From assembly GCA_021816765.1 (NCBI GenBank), contig JAKAXB010000001.1:99692-163691 (forward strand): a stretch of DNA of 64,000 bases, read 5' to 3'. Positions 56,069 through 64,000 of the stretch are shown here, piece by piece (the stretch's first letter is position 1; every line of letters starts with the position of its first letter). The translations under genes and the position numbers were made by a program. The notes beneath the pieces were generated by a model. The model worked only from the letters and a program-made list of their open reading frames with translations, ran no database searches and was not told the origin of the DNA. The stretch is from Natronospirales bacterium (GTDB lineage Bacteria > Pseudomonadota > Gammaproteobacteria > Natronospirales > REEB76).

Positions 56069-57505
56069 ATGAGCAACGAGACGCAAAAACGTGATTTTCT
56101 CGACATCACGGGCGGGTGGCTGCACCAGTTGCGCGGCTGGATTGACGCGCGCTTCCCCATGAGCAAGCTCTGGAACGAGCAGGTGGCCCAGTACTACGCC
56201 CCCAAGAACTTCAACTTCTGGTATTTCTTCGGTTCCATCGCGTTGCTGATCCTGGTCAATCAGGTGGTCACGGGCATCTTCCTCGCCATGAACTATCAGC
56301 CCTCCGCGAGCCAGGCATTCGCCTCGGTGCAGTACATCATGCGCGATGTGAACTGGGGGTGGCTGATCCGCTACATGCACTCGGTGGGGGCTTCCTTGTT
56401 CTTCGTGGTGGTGTACCTGCACATGTTCCGTGGCGTGATCTACGGCTCCTATAAGAAGCCGCGCGAACTGCTGTGGATATTCGGCATGCTGATCTATGTG
56501 GCGCTGATGGCCGAAGCCTTCATGGGGTACTTGCTCCCCTGGGGGCAGATGTCGTACTGGGGGGCGCAGGTCATCACGTCGCTGTTCGGCGTCATTCCCG
56601 GCATCGGTAACTCGCTCATGCAGTGGCTGCGGGGCGACTATGCGGTCTCGGGCATCACCCTCAACCGTTTCTTCGCACTGCACATCGTGGCGGTGCCGCT
56701 GGTACTGATCGGACTGGTGCTGTTCCACCTGATTGCGCTGCATGAAGTGGGTTCCAACAATCCGGATGGGGTGGAGATCAAGAAACACAAGGGACCGGAC
56801 GGCATTCCGCTGGACGGCATCCCGTTCCATCCGTACTACACCATCAAGGACATCGTCGGGGTGACCGTGTTTCTGGCGATCTTTGCGGCTATCATCTTTT
56901 TCTCGCCCGGTCTGCATGGCCTGTTCCTGGAGCCCGCGAACTTTGAGCCCGCCAATCCACTGAAGACCCCGCAGGACATCCACCCGCTGTGGTACTTCGG
57001 GCCGTTCTACGCCATCCTGCGCTCCATCCCGAACAAGGCGCTCGGCATCGGCGCCATGGGGCTGGCTATCGTCCTGCTGTTTTTGTTGCCCTGGATTGAC
57101 CGCAATCCGGTCAAATCCATCCGCTACCGCGGTCCTCTCTACCGCGTGCTGGTGGGCGCGTTTGCTCTTACCTTCATCGTGCTCGGTTACATCGGCCTGC
57201 AGAAAGCCACCCTGTTCTGGGCGGAAATCGGCCAGCGGGTCCAGGAACTGTATTTCCTTTTCTTCGTGCTGTCCTGGGTTTACACCAGGCCGCGTACACG
57301 GGGGTTCCTCGTGGGCACGTTCCTGGCCGTGATGGTCATCATCACGCTATTCGACTGGCTCGCCTGGGATCCGGGCATTGCCCGCCTCAAGCTGGTGAGC
57401 TGGCTGATTCCCGGTGTTTACTGCGCGATTTTCCTGCTGTTGCCGGCATACTTCGGCAAACTTCTTGAGCCGAAGCCGGTTCCGGAGAGGGTGAGGTTCA
57501 AATGA
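56069..57505 (+). CDS. petB: cytochrome b
   Basis: 478-aa polytopic protein with typical cytochrome b N-terminal helices (FGSIALLILVNQVVTGIFLAMNY, RYMHSVGASLFFVVVYLHMFRG). Confidence 0.93.
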   Translation: MSNETQKRDFLDITGGWLHQLRGWIDARFPMSKLWNEQVAQYYAPKNFNFWYFFGSIALLILVNQVVTGIFLAMNYQPSASQAFASVQYIMRDVNWGWLIRYMHSVGASLFFVVVYLHMFRGVIYGSYKKPRELLWIFGMLIYVALMAEAFMGYLLPWGQMSYWGAQVITSLFGVIPGIGNSLMQWLRGDYAVSGITLNRFFALHIVAVPLVLIGLVLFHLIALHEVGSNNPDGVEIKKHKGPDGIPLDGIPFHPYYTIKDIVGVTVFLAIFAAIIFFSPGLHGLFLEPANFEPANPLKTPQDIHPLWYFGPFYAILRSIPNKALGIGAMGLAIVLLFLLPWIDRNPVKSIRYRGPLYRVLVGAFALTFIVLGYIGLQKATLFWAEIGQRVQELYFLFFVLSWVYTRPRTRGFLVGTFLAVMVIITLFDWLAWDPGIARLKLVSWLIPGVYCAIFLLLPAYFGKLLEPKPVPERVRFK

Positions 57506-58242
57506 GAAAATTCCTCTGCGTGCTCGCTCTGGCGCTTATCTCCCTGCCGGCCCTCGCGCAGGACGAGGGCATGACCCTGCAGCATGCCAACATTAACCTC
57601 AGCAACACCGCTTCGCTGCAGCGCGGCGCCAAGTTCTTCGTGAATTACTGCATGGGCTGCCATTCGGCCCGCTACGTGCGCTACAACCGCGTGGGCAAGG
57701 ACCTGGGTCTTACCGATGTGCAACTCGAAAGCTATCTGATGCTTGCGGGCGGCAAGGCCTCCGACACCATGGTGAGCGCCATGCCGCAGGCGGATGCCAA
57801 GAAGTGGTTCGGCATACCGCCGCCGGACCTTTCCCTGGAGGCGGAGAGCCGCGGCACGGACTGGATTTATACTTACCTGCAATCCTTCTATCTCGATCCG
57901 AAATCGGCAACCGGCGTGAACAATGTGGTGTTCCCGCACACGGCCATGCCGCAGGTGCTGTGGGAACTGCAGGGTACACAGAAGGCGATATTCACGACCG
58001 TAAAGAACCCCGACGGTTCCACCTATGAGGTATTCAACCGTTTCGAGCAGGTGACGCCGGGCAAGCTCACGCCTGAGCAATTCGACAAGGCGGACCGGGA
58101 CATCACCAATTTTCTCGCCTACATGGGCGACCCCATAGCGATCAAGAGCCGTGATCTTGGCCTCAAGGTTATCGGTTTCCTGATTGTATTCTTCCTGTTT
58201 GCCTATCTTTTAAAGAGAGAGATTTGGAAAAAAATACATTAA
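57502..58242 (+). CDS. petC: cytochrome c1
   Basis: Signal peptide, heme-binding CMGCHS, and a C-terminal TM anchor. ATGA overlap with petB. Confidence 0.9.
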   Translation: MRKFLCVLALALISLPALAQDEGMTLQHANINLSNTASLQRGAKFFVNYCMGCHSARYVRYNRVGKDLGLTDVQLESYLMLAGGKASDTMVSAMPQADAKKWFGIPPPDLSLEAESRGTDWIYTYLQSFYLDPKSATGVNNVVFPHTAMPQVLWELQGTQKAIFTTVKNPDGSTYEVFNRFEQVTPGKLTPEQFDKADRDITNFLAYMGDPIAIKSRDLGLKVIGFLIVFFLFAYLLKREIWKKIH

Positions 58243-58257
58243 TGCATGGTTTATACA

Positions 58258-58277
58258 GGCGCGTCACGTGACGCGCC
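58258..58277. other. perfect 20-bp palindrome between petC and sspA
   Basis: ggcgcgtcac|gtgacgcgcc; no convincing U-tract follows it. Confidence 0.5.
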
Positions 58278-58324
58278 CGTCTTCCCATTCGCAAGCGCCG
58301 TTTCCTGCCCACAGGCCGAACGCC

Positions 58325-58927
58325 ATGACGCTATATTCCAGACCCACCTGCCCTCACTGTCACCGCGTGCGCTTCGTGCTCGCGGAGAAGGGCATTGCCA
58401 TGGAGATCATCAACATTGAAGGCAGCAAGCTGCCGGAAGATCTGGTGGAGCTCAATCCCTACAACAATGTGCCGACACTGGTGGACCGGGAGCTGGCGCT
58501 CTACGACCCGCGCATCATCATGGAATATCTGGAGGAGCGCTTCCCGCATCCGCCGCTGATGCCCGTGGACCCGGTGGCGCGTGCGCGTTCCCGCCTGGCG
58601 CTGTATCGTATCGAGCGCGACTGGTACAGCCTGGTGGATGAAATCGAGCAATCGCCCGGCAAGCCGCATGTGCGTGCCAAGAAATTTCTGCGTGAGGGCC
58701 TGCTGGCGGCATCCGATGCCTTCGCCGTCAAACCCTATTTCCTGAGCGACGAGTTCTCACTGGTGGACTGCAGCATCGCCCCCATCCTGTGGCGGCTGCC
58801 GCGCTACGAGATCGATCTGCCGGCCCAGGCCAAGGCTCTCGGCAAGTACGCCGAGCGCATTTTCAACCGCCCGGCCTTCAAGTCCAGCCTCACGGAATTG
58901 GAGCGCGAGATGCGCGACGCCGCCTGA
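58325..58927 (+). CDS. sspA: stringent starvation protein A
   Basis: GST-like; MTLYSRPTCPHCHRVRFVLAEKGI...NPYNNVPTLVDR. Followed by sspB. Confidence 0.9.
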   Translation: MTLYSRPTCPHCHRVRFVLAEKGIAMEIINIEGSKLPEDLVELNPYNNVPTLVDRELALYDPRIIMEYLEERFPHPPLMPVDPVARARSRLALYRIERDWYSLVDEIEQSPGKPHVRAKKFLREGLLAASDAFAVKPYFLSDEFSLVDCSIAPILWRLPRYEIDLPAQAKALGKYAERIFNRPAFKSSLTELEREMRDAA

Positions 58928-58957
58928 GTTAGGTCTATCCCGGCGCATTTTCTGCCC

Positions 58958-59359
58958 ATGCTTTCCAGAAGGCCCTATCTGCTCCGCGCCATGCACCAGT
59001 GGATCATGGACAGCGGCCATACCCCGCACATCGTGGTGGATGTAAACGTGACCGGCGTAAATGTGCCACCGGGCTATGCCAAGGACGGCAAACTGGTGCT
59101 GAATGTCAGTTACGACGCCACCCAGGGACTGAATCTCGCCAGTGAACATGTGGAATTTTCCGCGCGCTTCGGCGGCGTGTCGCGGCACGTGCATGTTCCC
59201 ATGTCAGCGATCCTCGCCATCTACGCCCATGAAACCGGTCAGGGCATGGTCTTTGGCCCGGAGGACGAACCGGCGCCCGCCGGCTCAGCGACAAAGGATC
59301 CCGTCAAATCCGGCAAGCCGGGTACCGCGAAGAAACCGAGTCTCAAAGTCGTTAAGTAA
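58958..59359 (+). CDS. sspB: ClpXP specificity-enhancing factor SspB
   Basis: RRPYLLRAMHQWIMDSGHTPHIVVD N-terminal domain and a basic C-terminal tail ending LKVVK. Confidence 0.88.
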   Translation: MLSRRPYLLRAMHQWIMDSGHTPHIVVDVNVTGVNVPPGYAKDGKLVLNVSYDATQGLNLASEHVEFSARFGGVSRHVHVPMSAILAIYAHETGQGMVFGPEDEPAPAGSATKDPVKSGKPGTAKKPSLKVVK

Positions 59360-59478
59360 ACCCGCTTCCCGGCGATATCTTCCCCTTGCGGGAGAGAAAC
59401 CAGTGGAGTATCGCTGCACTGCGGCATAATCCCGCAAAAGCGGGCAGCCGTCAGCGGGGGATTTCCAGGAACGTGACC

Positions 59479-59973
59479 ATGGAAACCGGAAGCCGTCTGT
59501 ACAGAATCGTGAAAAAATTAGACAACCTGCCGCCATGGGCGCGCTGGCGGCTGCTGACGTGGGCATTCGGCCGCACGGTGCGGTTTGTGAGAACGGCAGG
59601 TGTGCAATTTGAAGATTTGACGGAAGAGCGTGCGCTGTTGCATATCCCGAACCGCAAGCGGGTGCAGAACCATATCGGCGGTGTGCATGCCGCCGCCATG
59701 GCGCTGCTGGCGGAAACCGCCAGCGGCGCGGTGCTGGGCATGAACGTGCCGGATGATCGCGTACCGCTGCTGAAGAGCATGCAAGTGGATTACATGAAGC
59801 GCGCCAAGGGCGATCTGTGGGCCGAAGCCACCCTTGACGCAGCGGCACGCACCCGCATCCGGGAGGAAGAAAAAGGCGAGATCGTGGTGCCGGTGAGGGT
59901 TACGGATGAAACCGGCGAGGAACCGGTGCAATGCCGTATGCTGTGGGCCTGGGTTCCAAAACACCGGAGATGA
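59479..59973 (+). CDS. hotdog-fold protein (DUF4442/PaaI-like thioesterase type)
   Basis: 164 aa from METGS. HIGGVHAAAMALLAETASG is typical of PaaI/YiiD-type hotdog domains. Confidence 0.65.
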   Translation: METGSRLYRIVKKLDNLPPWARWRLLTWAFGRTVRFVRTAGVQFEDLTEERALLHIPNRKRVQNHIGGVHAAAMALLAETASGAVLGMNVPDDRVPLLKSMQVDYMKRAKGDLWAEATLDAAARTRIREEEKGEIVVPVRVTDETGEEPVQCRMLWAWVPKHRR

Positions 59974-60486
59974 ATGCCTGTGATCAAGGTCATCCAATAC
60001 GACATCACCGATCTGGACGTGGACATCATCGTCAACGCGGCGAATACCACGCTCCTGGGCGGCGGCGGCGTGGATGGCGCCATCCACCGGGCCGCGGGGC
60101 CGGAGCTGCTGGAGGCTTGCCGGAAGCTGGGCGGCTGCCCGACGGGCGAGGCGCGCATCACACCCGGCTTCCGGCTCAAGGCTAAATGGGTGATTCATGC
60201 GGTGGGACCGGTATGGAGCGGCGGCGGCCGCGGCGAACCGCAGTTATTGGAAAGCTGCTATCAGAGCGCTTTCCGGCTGGCAAAAGACGCCAAAGCCCGC
60301 AGCATCGCGTTTCCCTGTATCAGCACCGGCGTGTACCACTATCCGAAAGAAGATGCCGCACACACCGCGCTAAAAGTCATGTACACACACGACAAGGAAT
60401 TCCGCAGCATTGTGGCCTGCTGCTTTGATGCCGAAAACGCTGGTATTTACCGGCGCTTGCTCGGACCGGCGGCGAGCCAAGATTAG
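59974..60486 (+). CDS. macro domain protein (O-acetyl-ADP-ribose deacetylase type)
   Basis: [26 protein letters not shown] and [12 protein letters not shown] motifs. Confidence 0.88.
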   Translation: MPVIKVIQYDITDLDVDIIVNAANTTLLGGGGVDGAIHRAAGPELLEACRKLGGCPTGEARITPGFRLKAKWVIHAVGPVWSGGGRGEPQLLESCYQSAFRLAKDAKARSIAFPCISTGVYHYPKEDAAHTALKVMYTHDKEFRSIVACCFDAENAGIYRRLLGPAASQD

Positions 60487-60569
60487 GACTAACGGGTTTC
60501 TTGTCCTTGGTAAAACGGCAGTCTTGTGCCGCCATACTTGTGTGGGCAAGGGATTGCCGATACAAAGCT

Positions 60570-61970
60570 CTATTCCGGCAGTAATTTGCCGGGGTTGAGG
60601 ATTCCCTTCGGGTCGAACTGGCGTTTAATGCGCCGCATCAGTTCGAGTTGCACCGCATCGAATTCCAGGGACATAAACCGGCGTTTCTCCAATCCCACGC
60701 CGTGCTCGCCGGAAAGCGTGCCGTCCAGCGACAGCACCAGTTTGAAAACTTCCTGCAGACAGGGTTTGACCTGTTTCATTTGCTCCACATCGTCCGGATC
60801 AATCAACAGATTCACGTGGATGTTGCCATTGCCGGCATGACCGAAGTTGACATTGGTGATGCCATAACGGCGTGATATCTGCTGCAAGCCGGAGATCAAT
60901 TCCGCCATACGCGATACCGGCACGGCCACGTCCTCGTTGATCTTCTTGGGGGCGATCTTGCGCAGCGCGGGCGAGAGCGCCTTGCGTGCGGCCCAGAGCG
61001 CTTCGGTTTCCTGGTTATCGTGCGCCGCACGTAATTCCACCAGTCCTTCACCGCGAGCGGCCGCTTCGACGGCTGCAACGCTGCTCTCAATCTGGGAAGC
61101 GAGGCCGTCCACCTCGATCAACAGCATGGCGCCCGCGTTGCGGGGCAGATCGGTCCGGGCATAATTACGGATCATTTCGATAGAGGCGTGATCCATGAAT
61201 TCCAGCGCGCAGGGGGTGACCGGCTGCGCCATGATGCGGGATACGGCGGCGGCGGCGGTGATCATGTCGGCATAGACCGCGCGCAGCGTCCGCACTGTTT
61301 CAGGTTTGGGTGTGAGCTGGAGCGTGGCCTCGGTAATGACGGCGAGCGTGCCTTCGGATCCGATAATGAGGCGCGTCAGGTCATAACCCATGACTCCCTT
61401 GCTGGTAAATACTCCGGTACGCAGTTCTTCGCCAGCCCCGGTTACGATGCGCAATCCCAGCACGTTATCCCGCGGCGTGCCGTATTTGACGCTGCTGGGT
61501 CCGCCGGCATTGCAGGCCAGGTTGCCGCCCACGGTGGAATAGGCGGCGGAAGTCGGTGCCGGTCCCCAGAAGAAGCCGGCGGCGCCCGCAGCTTCCTGGG
61601 CCGCGCTGTTGGTGATGCCGGTTTCCACCACCATGAGACGGTCTTCGGGACTGAAACGCAGCACGCGGTGCATGCGTTCAAGGGCCAGTACCAAACCGCC
61701 GGCGACAGGTACCGCCGAACCGGTGGTGCTGCTGCCGAGACCGCGGGCCAGTAGCGGCACGCTGAACTCGTTGCACAAGCGCACGCAATCGCGCACCTCG
61801 TCATGGCGGACGGGAAAGGCCACCGCCCCCGGCTGCACCTGACGGCGGCTATTGTCGTAACTGTATGGCCAACGGTCGGCCGGGTCGGTGAGCAGGTCTT
61901 CTGCGCCGACGATGCGCGCAAGGTGTACCAGGAATTCCGGCGTGACGTGATCGGTGATGGAGGTATTCAC
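60570..61970 (-). CDS. FAD-linked oxidase (GlcD/D-lactate dehydrogenase family)
   Basis: FAD_binding_4-like PLLARGLGSSTTGSAVP...LALERM and a C-terminal GEHGVG motif. GTG 61970 avoids overlap with diaA; the ORF track extends to 62003. Confidence 0.85.
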   Translation of the reverse strand: MNTSITDHVTPEFLVHLARIVGAEDLLTDPADRWPYSYDNSRRQVQPGAVAFPVRHDEVRDCVRLCNEFSVPLLARGLGSSTTGSAVPVAGGLVLALERMHRVLRFSPEDRLMVVETGITNSAAQEAAGAAGFFWGPAPTSAAYSTVGGNLACNAGGPSSVKYGTPRDNVLGLRIVTGAGEELRTGVFTSKGVMGYDLTRLIIGSEGTLAVITEATLQLTPKPETVRTLRAVYADMITAAAAVSRIMAQPVTPCALEFMDHASIEMIRNYARTDLPRNAGAMLLIEVDGLASQIESSVAAVEAAARGEGLVELRAAHDNQETEALWAARKALSPALRKIAPKKINEDVAVPVSRMAELISGLQQISRRYGITNVNFGHAGNGNIHVNLLIDPDDVEQMKQVKPCLQEVFKLVLSLDGTLSGEHGVGLEKRRFMSLEFDAVQLELMRRIKRQFDPKGILNPGKLLPE

Positions 61971-61971
61971 G

Positions 61972-62959
<988 letters not shown>

Positions 62960-62963
<4 letters not shown>

Positions 62964-64000
62964 GGCGGCGAACTGGGTGCCGCCACCACGGATGGAACGG
63001 GCATCAGCGACATGGGTGCCAGCAGTTCGGGTACACCGCCATTGAAGGTGGCCCAATCCAACTGGCGGTGAATACGTCCGGCACTGTCCATGCTGAGCAG
63101 TCCCGTCATGCCCTGCACCGGCGTGGTGAAATTCCGGCCCTTGTACAACAGTGGTACCAGCCGCCAGGCATCAAAACCCAGCGCATACAGACGGCCGTTG
63201 GCGTGGAAATTATTCGGCCACAGCGCCGCCACCTTTTTGCTGGTGTCGGCCGCCGCACCGCTGCTTTCCAGTGTCCACGGCATGTCATCGAAGGTGATGC
63301 CGTCCAGATCGGTATCCGCCGGTTCGCCGGGCTGGTACACCTGCGAGATGGAATACACCGGCACATGGATGGCATGGTAGAACCTGAGTTGCGGCCGGAT
63401 CAGTTTGGCGTCGCTGGGGCGTGCTGCAAGGAAAATGAACTGGATATCCTGGCGGCGGCGCGGTTCGAACTGCAGGCGTGTGCCGAGGAAAGCGGCGAGT
63501 TGTTCCTCGCGATACTGGCTCTGGTCCAGGTTGAGCAGGCGCGTTATGGGCACGGAGTAATCGCTCGCCGCGGCCTGATAAGTCTGGGTTCCGAGCAAGG
63601 TACCGCCGAGTTGCGTAAAGCGCGCCGAGAAGGCATTGAGTACGCGTGTGCCCCAGTTGCTCTGCGGTACCAGCGCCACCCCGCGGGTAAGTCCTTGCGC
63701 CATCAGGCGGTCCGCTACCTGGGCCGCTTCGTCCGTGGGAGGCAGGCCGAACTGGTAGAGGTTGGATGGCGCAGGCTGGTTGGTTTCCAGCGTGTTGAGT
63801 GCCAGTACCGGGACAGGCAGGGAGCCAAGCGCCGCGATACCGCCCACCGCGTCCTTGAGCAGCGGTCCTACCACCATGTCAGCACCTGCTGCTACCGCCT
63901 TCTGGTAGGCCGCTTGCGCACTTTGTGCGGTACCGCCGGAATCGTACAGGGTGATGGCCGGCGCGTTGCTGTTCCTTGCCAGTTGGAAATAGGCCGTCAA
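62960..64000 (-). CDS. lpoA: penicillin-binding protein activator LpoA (LppC family), partial - 5' end outside the window
   Basis: ORF open to the window edge; periplasmic-binding-like domain typical of LppC/LpoA; conserved synteny. Confidence 0.8.

Noticed and set aside
56069-57505. Cytochrome b appears long (478 aa), with extra hydrophobic segments at the C-terminus
   Set aside because: Length variation at the cytochrome b C-terminus is common among proteobacteria, and without an alignment I cannot show it is unusual.

Overview
GC-rich proteobacterial chromosome segment (gene order resembles gamma/beta-proteobacteria), densely coding on both strands. I found no rRNA, tRNA or CRISPR. Many junctions are 4-nt start/stop overlaps (ATGA/GTGA), and several genes appear to use GTG or TTG starts. 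Several ORF-track entries carry spurious N-terminal extensions, so I trimmed them. Core blocks: tkt-gap-pgk-pyk (10.7-16.8 kb); minus-strand rapZ-hpf-rpoN-lptB-lptA-lptC-kdsC-kdsD diverging from ibaG-murA (45.6-53.4 kb); a DegS-type protease; petABC-sspAB (55.4-59.4 kb); and diaA-yraN-lpoA at the right edge. Accessory content: (i) a 14-blade FG-GAP surface protein and an S8-like protease, both ending in GlyGly-CTERM-like sorting tails. (ii) Three ABC-2 exporter pairs, one of them in a five-gene operon with a BAAT-like hydrolase and a DesK/LuxR-type two-component system. (iii) A decayed polysaccharide locus: LMW phosphatase, a truncated and doubly frameshifted priming glycosyltransferase, and manC. 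(iv) A TnpB (IS200/IS605) remnant upstream of petA. (v) Most unusual, at 34.5-42.4 kb, two convergent, translationally coupled operons. They combine DarA/DarB-like dialkylresorcinol enzymes, a BtrH-like acyltransferase, an unknown small protein, a KS/CLF pair, an ACP and an ABC-2 exporter. I regard this as a candidate uncharacterised lipid/polyketide pathway. All calls rest on by-eye motif and family recognition; no database searches were run.
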